Of a stretch of 64,000 nucleotides of DNA, positions 38,161 through 50,100 are shown in pieces. The notes below the pieces were generated by a model. It was not told where the DNA came from, did no database searches, and saw nothing but the letters and a program-made list of their open reading frames with translations. The position numbers and the translations under genes are program-made. This DNA comes from Stegostoma tigrinum (taxonomy: Eukaryota): NCBI RefSeq assembly GCF_030684315.1, contig NC_081387.1, positions 5,498,497 through 5,562,496 of the forward strand, read 5' to 3'. Positions within the stretch are counted from its first letter, which is position 1. Each line of letters starts with the position of its first letter.

Positions 38161-38964
38161 AACTGCAGATTTTTGTCTGCAGATAAACTTTCTCGATGAA
38201 ATTTCTGGACGTTAAAATCGTGTGGCCTTTCCTATTGAAGGTAACAGGTTGCCGGTCAGCACCTTATTGAAAAACACAAATCACTGGAATAAAGTGTTCC
38301 TGCTGAATTCAGATCGCCCCAGTTTGCTGTCTGCGTTTAACAGGCGTATACCCATCTCCAAAAATCCATGAAGACCAGTATGAATCCAGAAGGTGATTCC
38401 GATCTGGTCAGCTCTGGGTTTGTACTGGGGCGAACCTTAGCCTGAATTATTCTGCGGGTCTGAAATCTGACACCAGCTTGTACAGAAAATCCAAAGCGTT
38501 ATGTTCTTGTTCTCATTTGTCGTTTATTTAAAGAAAAGCCCTGGACCCCGACTCTCACCCTCACCCCCCGACCCCACCCACCCTCACAGCTCCATCTATC
38601 CTTTCTGCCCCGGTGTCATGATAATAATTACTACCCTTTACTCGCTACGACCAATTCTGAAGAGGAGCCAGACCGGAATCGAAACGTTAACTATTTTCTC
38701 TCCACAGACCTGCTGTGTTTCTCTACCATTTTATGTTTTTGTTTCGCTTTAAATACTCCTGGCCTGAATTTACATGCATGGCTTGATGGAGGTTTGGTCG
38801 TTTTAGAGAAGTTGGATCCGTGGGTCAGAAATCCGCAATGCCACATGCCTGGCTTGGAGCCCCATGATTAGGCAAAGGGACAATGTCGCATATACCCAGG
38901 AGTTCCATTTCGATGGAGGGGGCCACTCCTTTCTCAGAATGCAGTGCCTTGATGTCCGGAGAGA

Positions 38965-39258
38965 TTAATAGAATCCCTACAGTATAGAAGCAGGCTGTTC
39001 AGCCCATCGAGTCCACACCCACCAAAGACCCCTGCATTTCCCATGGCCAATCCCAACCTGCCTGCCTATCCGTGAACACTAAACGCAATTTGGCATAACC
39101 CGCTAATCTCTGGACTGTGGGAGGGAACTGGGGCAAACCCACACAGACATGGGGAGAATGTCCAGACCCCACACAGACAGTGACCTGAAGCTGGAATTGA
39201 ACCCTGATGCCGGACACTGTGAGATAGCAGTGTTAACCACTGAGCCACCATGTCGCCC
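38965..39258 (-). mobile_element. HE1/V-SINE
   Basis: Reverse complement of GGTGGCTCAGTGGTTAACACTGCT..GGTTCAATTCC plus the V core. Confidence 0.85.
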
Positions 39259-39654
39259 TTCCTGTGAAGGCTGTGAAATGTGCAACAATGTACTGTGCCC
39301 ATCCTGTGCTGCCATTTGCAACAAGCTTGTAGTGCTGCTGCACTTGGTTCCAGGTGGCAGCTTCAACCTGAGTGCTTCATGTCACTGTCCACTTCCATCT
39401 CCAACCTCTACTAGTGTTCAGTGTGTGTCCAGACCTGTCATTTCCAACCTGTTGAATGTGGAACTGGGTATTCAAACCTGGGTTCGAGGTAAAGCCTGTC
39501 CCTGCGTGCACCTTGTTTTGGGGCTGATTACATGTTCGGTCAATGAAATGTTTCGGGGATTTGTGAGAATGTGCTGAAGAAAAAGCAGGAAAAGGTTAAT
39601 AACTGGATTTCTTCAGCTTTGAGACACCAAGAATAGTGAAGTATTAGGCTTCAG

Positions 39655-40400
39655 TGGGGTAGTGTGCTGGAAATCAAAAATAGAAACAAAACTAGCTGCA
39701 GAAACTCAGCAGATCTGGCTGCATCTGTGGAGAGAGAAACCGAATTAACTTTTCGGGTACAGTGACCCTTCTTCAGGGAGGAAACATTTTGTATATTTTC
39801 TGAAGGTGGAGTGGGAGAAGGTGTAAACAAGAGGTGGAGATAGAGCCCAGAGGGAGAGAGCGCGGCAATAGGACACACAAATGACTAGGCAGTGGTCAGT
39901 CTGGGAGAATGAATGGGAACTATTAGCTGACAATGCTTGTTTGTGGTAACAGCCCATGTGATGTCAAGGCCTGGAGGTAGGAGGTTCTGAGGAAGGGTCA
40001 CCGGACCTGAAACATTAACTCTGTTTTCTCCTGCACGGATGTTGCCAAACCTGCTGAGGTTTTCCAGCAACTTTGTTTTTGTTCAGGACAGGGGTAGGGG
40101 TTGGAACATGGGGGAAAGTGCTCAGGCCCTAAAATCATTGAATTTCGTACTAGGTCCTGAAGGCTGCAGGATCCCCACGTGGAAAATGAGGTGCTGTTCT
40201 TCCAACTTGCACTGACCTTCACTGGAGCACCGCAGCAAGCCTGCTGACAGAGATGTTGGCCAGAGAACACAGTGGTGTATTGAAGTGGCAGGCAACTGAA
40301 ACTCAGGGTCAGGTAAATGTTCCGCAAAACAATCACTTGGTCTGCGTTTTGTAGAATGTGGAAATCAAGGTATTTCTTCTTGGAGTCGTCACTGAAGTTA
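39655..40400. mobile_element. Penelope-like terminal repeats and GIY-YIG tail of a second family
   Basis: CTGA(A/G)GAAGGGTCAC..GAAA..TTAAC motifs in inverted arrangement (about 39745-39776 -, about 39986 +); EEQHLIF..LQP..EF-like coding on the minus strand at about 40135-40210. Confidence 0.6.
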
Positions 40401-40929
40401 AACATTTTCAAAAGTTTGCAAAACACCCTAATTGACTGAAGTTTAGACCCAAGGTCTCAGAAAGCATGGACATGTTCCTATACTGAATAGGTACTCCTAT
40501 TTATTATAATTAAATAAAGTCTAGCTCGAGATAACAATTATGAGCCATTGGCATTTATTGGTTTGTTAAAACTCTTACAAAACTTCTCCTGTGTACCCTT
40601 GTACACAAAAATACATGGGTGTTAAAGTAGGAGGGAAAAAAACCAAGAAGACAGATCAATGGTATCTGTCCACAGGGTTCACTGAGAGAATCCTTTTGGC
40701 TTGTCAGGACTTGCTATTCATCAATCTTCCTCTTCTCCAGGTAGATTTTCTGATTTGTAAGAGGCACAGAGCGACTGGTACACAACTTATAAAGTCTCTG
40801 ACTTACTGGTTAAAGAAAAAAGTTGCCACAGTTTGGTCAGGGGAAAATAAGTTTACTTTCATGTTTTAAGTTTTTTTTATTATTGCAGAGACAATAGTAG
40901 CACCATCTTCTCCAGAGATCCAAAGGCTT

Positions 40930-41395
40930 AAGACCATGAGGCCACAAGACATAGGAGTGGAAGTAAGGCCATTCGGCCCATTGGGTCCACTCTGCCATTT
41001 AACCATGGTTGATGGGCATTTCAACTCCACTCTCCCTGTAGCCCTTAATTCCTTGCGAGATCAAGAATTTTTCAATCTCTGCGTTGAAGACATTTAACGT
41101 CCTGGCCTCCACTGCGCTCCATGGCAATGAATTCCACAGGCCCACCACTCTCTGGCTGACGAAATATCTCATTTACGTTCTAAATTCACCACCTCTAATT
41201 CTAAGGCTGTGCCCACGCGTCCTAATCTCCCTGCCTAACGGAAACAACTTCCTAGCGTCCACCCCTTCTAAACCATACATTATCTTGTAAGTTTCTATTA
41301 GATCTCCTCTCAACCTTCTAAACTCTAATGAGTACAATCCCAGGATCCTCAGCCATTCATCATATGTTAGGTCTTCCATTCCAGGGATCTGGCTG
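40930..41395 (-). mobile_element. CR1 LINE 3' end (same family as 11330-11495)
   Basis: LGLYSLEFRRLRGDLIETYKI..TRGHSLRIRG; CCATAAGA-type terminal repeats. Confidence 0.92.
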
Positions 41396-43289
41396 ATTCT
41401 TCGCACCCACAAGTAACGCAGTTACCTACGAGCCATTCACACAGTTGTTGGCAGGACGAAGGCCTTTGTCATCAATCACTGGTGACCACAGGCCAATCAC
41501 CTACTTACAATGAGTGTCAGTAACTTGCTTTTAAGTATTGCAGTTAGCTTTTCCACAATGCTTGGTTTTTAAAATAGCCCTTTGGCGGGGTGGGGGGAGG
41601 GGGCGGTTGGCGATGGTCTCGTGGTATCGTTGCTGGACTGACAGCAGAGAGGGTGTCCTGAACCAAGACCCCGCCAAAATCCAGGAGCAGGAAGAAAAGC
41701 CAAAGAGATCATTTGATAAAAAGACAACTGGATTAAACATCAAAGCTTTTGCTTTTAAATAGTTTGCTGTTTAAGCAGAGATCCGAGATGGCACTGGAGA
41801 GTGGCAGCTCTTTGTGAATGCACACAAAATAATACTTACCACTGTACGTTTGTACGTGTGACAATAAATCTAACCTAACCCAATCTGTTAATCCAGAGAT
41901 TCAGGTAATGTTCTGAAACAGTCCCTTTTTTTCGATTTCGCTCCTCATTCAAACAGTGGAGAAAAGTGAGAAGATGTTGCCCTTTACAGAAGGGCAACTG
42001 ATCTTCAGAGCAAGTGCTTTGACCTTTGCCCTTTTCATGGTGTATTAAGAAGGAACTTGCAATGTTATTGATTGTTGGCATTGTGGTAGTGTCCCCACCT
42101 CTTGGCTAGAATCTCTAGGTTCAAGTCCTACTCTGGAATGTTCAGTGAATGGAATCCAATAGAAAGTGGTCAGAATATTAAGCCAATTTGACACGAGCCT
42201 TATCCCGCCCACAACAGCATGACCCTTCAGCAACATGACTCTTAACACTATAGGCTTCAGCAATTTCTTATCCAGTCCCATACTTTGCTCTGAATCCATG
42301 CCACTGTGATTTGCTGTATTCTGTTTGCCATGTCAATTTCAGAAGCCGGTGCAAATCAGAATCACTTGTGAATTTCATATATAAACATGGAAAAACAATG
42401 TCCCCCTGTTTACCTCATGAGAATCTCATCCTGCTGCTTAACAAACCTTGAACCCGAGATTACTCTGAAAGCCAATCAGGGGAGAACGTGGAATGTATGT
42501 GACTGTTCCCCTCCAAAGACATCACTCACAGTTTGATTTCTTGTTAGGTCCTTTCATCACAGGAACCATTGTGAAGCTCCCGACAGGTTTCAGTTATGTC
42601 CTGAGTGCGATCAAGTCTTAGTATCCCAAAAAGGCTGAGACCAAAAAAGCACTGCAATTTGAGGGAAGCTAAGATAGAAACTGCCAAAGTGAATAAGGTC
42701 AAGAGCGAGAGCCCAGAGAAAATGAAGAAGGCACAAAGGGACACATCCAGTAAAAAGGAGTTTCTGCCTGGGTACTAGGGACTGGCAGAGTGTGCCTGGG
42801 TTTAATCCACTTCAGAAGGGTTCTGCAAAGGTGCAGCAAGCTACACAATGTTCAGTGGCTGTGTAAGGAGCAGTGGCTCCAAATAGGTTTGGAAAAGCCA
42901 GATGAAACTTTTAGAAATTAAAAAGGCCAAAGTCACTGAGAAATGGAGGAAGGATCGATAGAAACTAAAGACGAAAGGGAGTAAGTCTGAAATTGAACTG
43001 GCAGTCCCCTTCAGAGGTGAGTTACACGGGAGTCTGAAGGATTTCCACAGATAGGCAGACAGAGAGTGGGATGCCTCACCCAGTTAAAAATTCAAAACGA
43101 GTCAGAGCTTAGAATGATTACAGTTTGGAAAGAGGCCATTTGGCCTGTCAAGTCAGCATTAACCCTCTGAAGAGCTTCTGACCTGGACCCACACCCTTTA
43201 ACCCTTTGTTTCCCATGGGTAATCCACCTAGCCTGAATATCCTGGACATGACAGGGCAATTCACCTTGGCCCATCCACCTAATCTGCAC

Positions 43290-44140
43290 ATCATTGGACT
43301 GAGGGAGCCACTGCTTCAATTTGTGTGGCAGGCAAGATATTTTCCTGGCTTGGCAGCAGCATCTGGTTTGTGGAGAATTCCATTTGTGTCCTAACTGCGA
43401 AGTAGTGCTGAGAGATGCTGATTTCACCTGCTCCGAATTTTGAAAATTTTTCTCTTTCCAGGGTACGCTGAGAATATATGAGATATCTTTCAGGGTAAAA
43501 CCTGTTAGCAATAGTCCCTTTCATGAGTTTGTACAAAACACAGCAAGTGTTGATTTGATCAGGGTATCTATGATTGTGTATGTTAGCTTTGATGTGCCCT
43601 CTCTCAGCATCAAGCTCATAGAGTGAGCAGCTGGCTAGAACTCTATTCACAGGTTGCAGACAAGATTGATCTTGTAATGTGTGGAGCTGTAGGAATCCCA
43701 ACATGTAATCGATAGGAGTAGAGAATCCATTAGCAAATTTCTCAACAAACACTTCGAAGAAAGGGATCTTGTTTGAATGATGCATTTAATAGTAAATCCG
43801 AGTGCAGGATGGTGTTTGGTAAATTGTTTCATGTGAGCATGCAGGAATGCAAATGACTACAGCTCCTGTCAATCACTAGATGTGGTGTTCCACTTTCCTG
43901 TACGAATATGTTTCATCATTCCTCATCAGATACCTTCAACATAGCCAAAAAATTCATTACAGTCAAAGTCCTTCTTAAAATCATAGGAAAAGTGTTTACT
44001 GGCTGAGGAGGGGGGAAAGAATGAGAAGTAGGTTGTTCGTGTTGATGAGAATGCATCATGATGTATAGTCTGAATTATCATCTGATAGTTTATATATTCA
44101 AACAAATTTTAAATCTAGGGTTTGCTGTACATAATGATTT
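43290..44140 (-). mobile_element. Penelope-like element RT/linker remnant
   Basis: HPALGFT, IPFFEVFVEK..GFST, WDSYSSTHYKINL, NHRYPDQI motifs typical of the PLE RT C-terminus. Confidence 0.75.
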
Positions 44141-46387
44141 TTAGAAAAAGTATTCTGTTTGGTATCTGTATCAGGCAACTGGTAGTGAGCATGGAGAAAG
44201 TATCAGAGTAAAAGTGTTTTCAGTCACTTAGTAACAAAATAGTTATATATATGATACTTAATAAGATGAGAAATCCATCCTCTAGTGAACTACTCTCGAC
44301 ACAGATTTGTACAGGTATTGAATTGTTGTTAAAAATGACACCGAGGTGGATTAAATAATATATTTATTGATATGCAGGTGATTGTTGATTAAAGTTAATA
44401 TAATTTCGAAGTAAATCACTTAATGAAGTGCAGATGACTAATGGAATAGAAACAATTGTTCCAAGGTTATAAAAAATAAATTCAAATCAAACAAAGTTGG
44501 TCAGCAGAAATTCAAGAATCTGTTTTTTGTTGAATTAAACTCCCAAATGGTTGTTATAGAAATTTGGTGTACATTTTATACAACTTGTTTTATTCAATAA
44601 TTTTTAAATTTTAGCAAGAGTAGCATTGCCAGGAATCATATTTGTTGAACACAAATAACGTCATTTGTAATCTTTTTTAAGTATTTGATGAAAACATCTA
44701 AGTCTGTAAAATTGTAACATACAAATAAAAGATTAATCTGGTATAAAAGTTAACTTTATGCATTATGATATGAGAAACCCATTGCAGTTTCTTTTGGTTT
44801 CTGATGTTAGTTGCTGATATCTTTACATATTGATATTGAATGACCATAAGCAATATCTCCAACTTTCAAATACAACAGAGTTAAAAATAGAAAGCATTGC
44901 AAATACATGACTTTCCATTCAGCATTTGAAAAGAGAACACAAATGAATCTTTCAGATTGAAATCCCCCACAGTCAAAAATGAAAAGTTTTCTGGTTTTCT
45001 ACATTTTCTGCTTTAGATTCTGATTGCCTTCTTGCCTATTTAGATTGTTTTATTCTGGATTTACAATTACCCTTTCTTTACAGATTCTGAGCAGTTACTT
45101 CCCACTCATACAGAGCTTACAAAGGCAATTGGATAAACAGTTGAAATGGATCATTTGCAGGGACTGGAACTAAATGAATAACTCCTCAAAGAGCCAGCAG
45201 GATTGAATAGGCTGAACAGCTTCCTCTTTTGTTAGATCAGCATATAATAACATGCGTTTGAGGAATATATCTTTTTTCCCCTTAAACCTCTCAGACGATG
45301 TAACTGTCTGGTTCTCTCTACGTATTCAATACTTGTTTCAAATTTAAGCAGTCCATGATCTTACTGTAATCATTTGCTGATCTAGAGTCACTCCTTAATA
45401 GAGAGAGAAATTGCTGGATGAAAATAACAGCAAGTTTAATTATTAACTTGAAAAGCTAATAGGAAATTGAGGATTGAGAGGCAAATATAACAAATCTGTG
45501 CCTTTCATATACTTACTGGGGAAATGTTCTTTTTCCACAGATGTTGCCAAATCTGGTGAGTATTTCCAGAATTGTCTATTTTTATGCCAAAGGCCAATGT
45601 TTTGATGCTGGTATGAACAGGAATATTCTAGTTTCTGTGTTGTTAATTGAAATTTCTGAAGTCCATTTAAAAAAAAGTTTCCAGTTGAAGTGTCTATACC
45701 ATAAACTCAAATTGCTTGAAAATTCTGTTGTATAGTTCACTGGATGCAGTTAATTTAATTTGTGTCCCTTCAGCCCTCTACTCCGGTCACGTACAGCACT
45801 GCGATGTGAGATGTTCCAGTTTGTACAATTACACAGGATATCACAGCACAAAACAAAAATATTGCAAACAATTCATTGGATGGATCTGCAGTCCAGATTT
45901 TCTCAGCAATATCCCTCCCGCTGATCTTTCACTCTTTCTGTCAATAACTTGGACTGTCAAAACTTCCAATTGTTGTTTAAATAACTGTTTGTTAATCTTT
46001 ACAGACTGAAATGTAACAGTTCTCAACCTCTGTGGCATCTGTCACCCAGATTCTTCCTAAACACCCAATAATTCCAGGCACGGAATTCTCATTATTTGGA
46101 AGTGTTAATTCCTTCAGAGCTTCCATCACCTAATAACTCCCTGCAGAATATCCAGTGCATGGGAGCACAGCAGAGGAACTTATTCATCATTTCTGCTACA
46201 CACATCAAAACTGTCTTTGTCCTTGACATACAGCATCAGAGTCACTTCCCCAAATTGATGTGGTACCTCCTATGCTGCACAATTTCCAATTGAGATCTTA
46301 TTCTGATGATCTTTCCTCTCCCTGTTTCAAACCCTTGAAACAATTTGCTTTCCAATTCAATATTGGCGAATAGCTTTGCTTAAAAAA

Positions 46388-46720
46388 GGGCTGCACGGTG
46401 GCTCAGTGATTAGCACTGCTGCCTCACAGCACCAAGGACCTGGGTTTGATTCCACCCTCAGGTGACTGTTTGTGTGGAGTTGCACTTTTTCCCTGTGTTT
46501 GTGCGGGTCTCCTCCAGGTGCTCTGGTTTCCTCCCACAGCCCAAAGATGTGCAGGTTAGATAGATTGTCCATGCCAAATTGTTCATAGTGTCAGGCTAGG
46601 TGGATTAGCCATGAGAAATGCAGAATCACAGGGATAGGGTGGGGTGTGGATACAGATGGGATGCTCCTCCGAGCAATGGTATGGGTTGAATGGTCTGCTT
46701 CATAGTGTAGGGGTTCTATG
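46388..46720 (+). mobile_element. HE1/V-SINE (specific to copy B)
   Basis: GGTGGCTCAGTGATTAGCACTGCTGCCTCACAGC..GGTTTGATTCC plus the V core; absent at the paralogous site near 17310. Confidence 0.9.
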
Positions 46721-46943
46721 AAATGCAATCACTTCCCCTGTGAAGTCAGCTTGCCACCCATATCAATTTAAATTTTTATGTCCTGGCAATTAGTTTCAGT
46801 TCGTCCAAACTCTGGACGGCACTGACTCGTATTGGGTTGTAATAGTGACCATTCTCAGTTTGGATTATATTGTCTCAATAATCTCTGCATTGACTCTTGT
46901 TCCTCATTGGTGGTTAATAATTCCGAAACATTGCTACCTCGAT

Positions 46944-47170
46944 TTACATTGGAACACTGCCTGCAGGGTTTAATTTGTCTGCTTCTGATGGATGCTCTTC
47001 TTCATTTGTGGCATTACTCCCTTGCTCCAGGTCATGTGGACCATTTGACTCTCTCTGCAAGGGTTGTATTTGGAGCTCGAGCTCAGATATGCTCATCAGT
47101 TTCAGTTCCACATTATTGTCCATGACTTCCTGTTGATGGAGCGTGGGCCTGGTTCCTAGAGAGGGTTGAG
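46944..47170 (-). CDS. Gene B cytoplasmic exon (AQPSLGTRPT...NPAGSVPM*)
   Basis: Acceptor ttttcattcatttcag, phase 1; paralogous to gene A 17816 downward. Confidence 0.75.
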
Positions 47171-50100
47171 CTGAAATGAATGAAAATATTAAACCAATCA
47201 ATCACATCATAATTGAGAAAAGTATAATTGTGGCCATTAACAGTAAATATGGAATTGTAACATTTTAAGAGATAGTAAGAACTGCAGATACTGGAGTCAG
47301 AAATAATGCAGCGTGGAGCTGGAGGAACACAGCAGGCCAGGCAGATTCAGAGGAGCAGGAAAGCTGATGTTTTAGGTCAGGATCTTTCTTCAGAAAGCAT
47401 CAGTTAGCGTAAGGTTTTATTGTCATTGGTAACATTTACTAGCAGTAAGAAAATTACAGGGAGTAGTAGACTTGACTAATTTCAAATGAATGAAAGGAAA
47501 ATAAGAAATGAATTAACACTGAAGAAAGATGGCAGGGCAGATGATGTGACTGCAGATTTTCTCATGCGCGATAGTGTGATCTGGCACAAAGATGTCTAAG
47601 TAATTATCTGTGCTTTAGAAGCACTGAACCATGAAAATGATACAGCACAGAAGGAAGCCATTCAGCCCATTAACCCACACTGACCCAAAGATACCCTAAT
47701 GCCCTTTCTAATCCCATATTCCTGCGCATGACCTATAGTCCTGCAGCTTACAGCAATTAAGGAGCAAATCCAGATACGTTTCAAAACAGTTAAGGGTTTC
47801 TGCCTCACCAACTCAGGCAGAAAATTCAAGATACACACCATCCTCTGCGTAAAAAAGGTTTTTCCTCATGTCCCCTCTGACTTTTCTGCCACTTAGCTTG
47901 GATCTGTGACCCCCTTTGAACTTTCTGCCAAGGGAAACAGGTTCCTTCTGTCTGGTCTATCTCTACCCCTCACAATTTTGTAAACACGTCACCCCTCAGC
48001 CTTCTCTATTCCGAGGAAAACCACTCCCCATCTCTCCTCATAGCAACATTTCTCCAGCCCTGGCAACATTCTAGTAAATCTTCTCTGCACTCTGTCTACA
48101 GCAATTACTTCCTTCCTCTAATATGGTGACCAGAACTGCACACAGTATTCAAGATGTCGTCTCACCAGTGTCTTATACAATTTCATCATGTATCCCTACT
48201 TTTTATTCTGTACCTCTGCCAGTGAAGGAGAACATTCCATATGCCTTCTTTACAACCTTATCTACTTGCATGCCAATATCTCTCACTTCATCTACCCCCT
48301 CAGTATATTCCCATTTATTTTGTATTCCCTTTTACCATTTGATCCGCTTCAAAGTATTACCTCACACTTATCAGTGTTGAACACCATTTGTCATTTTCCT
48401 GCCCACTCCACCAACTCATCTATATTAATTTGAAGCTTACAGCTGACTTCTACACTATCCACCATGGCCAATTTTTGTGCTGTCTTCAAATTTCCCAGCT
48501 GTACCCACAACCCACATTCAAGTCCATTGTTAATGTATAAGTCCAATGGCAGGGATCCCAACACCGAGCCCCGTGGAATACCACTTGAAACAGCTTTCTA
48601 TCTGCAAGGGTAGCCATTAACCATTACTCTTTGTTTCCTGCTACTAGGCCAACTTTGAATCCAATTTAACACGTTACCACGTATCCAGAGGGCTTTTACT
48701 TTTTTGACCTATCTACGGTGTGGGACCTTGTCAAATGCCTTACTAAAAGCCATTGAGACAGCATCATCTGCAGTACTCTCAATCATCCTTGTCACTTCCT
48801 CAAACAATTCAATCAAATTTGTCAGGAATGACCTTCCCTTAACAAAGCCATACTGACTGTGCCTGACTAGTCCATGTCTTTCTAAGTAACAGTTTACGTG
48901 ATCTCACGATTAATTCTAACAAGTCGCCCACAACTGAAGTAAGTCCAACTGGCCTATAATTGTTTGGCATTTCCTTTTTAAACAATGGAGCTACATTTGC
49001 ATTCCTCCAGTCACAGAGGCATATAGTTCAACTCATCCAAGTCAAGCAAATTTCGCAAAATGTACAAATAACAGATGTAATGCAATAAAACTTCACTAGG
49101 CTAATTCCTGGGAGTGGAAGGATTGCTTTAGGAAGTAAAGTAAAGCAGATTTGGCCTTAATTCTCTTGAGTTTAGAAGAATGTGAGTTGACCTCTTTAAA
49201 AAAAAGCACATTGACGGGGTAAATGAGGTTAGAAATTAAGGATTGTGGGATTCAGTCTCAGAATGAAAGGTAAATCATTGAAGACTGAGATAGGGAAGAC
49301 TTATTTCATCTGGAGCCCAGTGATTCATTGAAATTCACAGTCCTAGATGGCTGGGGATGCTCAATGGTTGAGTTTGTTGAGACTGACATTGATAATTTTT
49401 AGAATATTAAAGAGCATCAAGGGACATGGGGATAAGTGCAGGAAAATGGTGTAGGTAATCATCCCCCGTATAATGGAGTGGGTCGATTGTTCCTTTTTGT
49501 TATGTTCTTATTCATTGTCCAGACTACCAATGCATAAGTTTACTTTTCCGCTTTTCCTCATTAAATAGCCTTACTGTTTCTTTATTTATAGCCAGAAAAC
49601 TTTTATTTTCCCTCCTGTTAGTGATTCTTTGCAGTCTTTTATGATCTACCCAATCTTCCGAGTAACCACCCACATTTATGGAACTGGGCACATTTTGTTT
49701 CAGTTTTACACCACACTTCTTCCTTGAGTCGTCCATAAGTGGCACAACCTTCCCTTAAATCCTACTTTCCACTGAGAAAGAATCCTAGTATTCTGAAATA
49801 TCTCCATGAATTGTTGCCACTGCATCTTCATCGACCTACTCTTGAAACTAATTTCTCTGTTTTTGTGTCCTCATAATTGTCCTTATTTAAGTTTATTTCA
49901 GTCATGGTGTAGACGGTAACATGTTATTAAGCATGAATAGGGGATTGATTACCTACCAGGAAGACAGATTTTTCACAAATGTGTTATTTTTAGGTTGGCA
50001 AGAATGTGATGTATGAAGTGCCACAGTGATTACTGCTGGGCCCTCAATAATTTACAATTTATATCAATGATTTGGTTTAAGAAACTAAATATATGGTTAC

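Noticed and set aside
46388-46460. tRNA gene
   Set aside because: Box A/B head runs directly into a V-SINE body; the same applies to 31665, 39250 and 63120.
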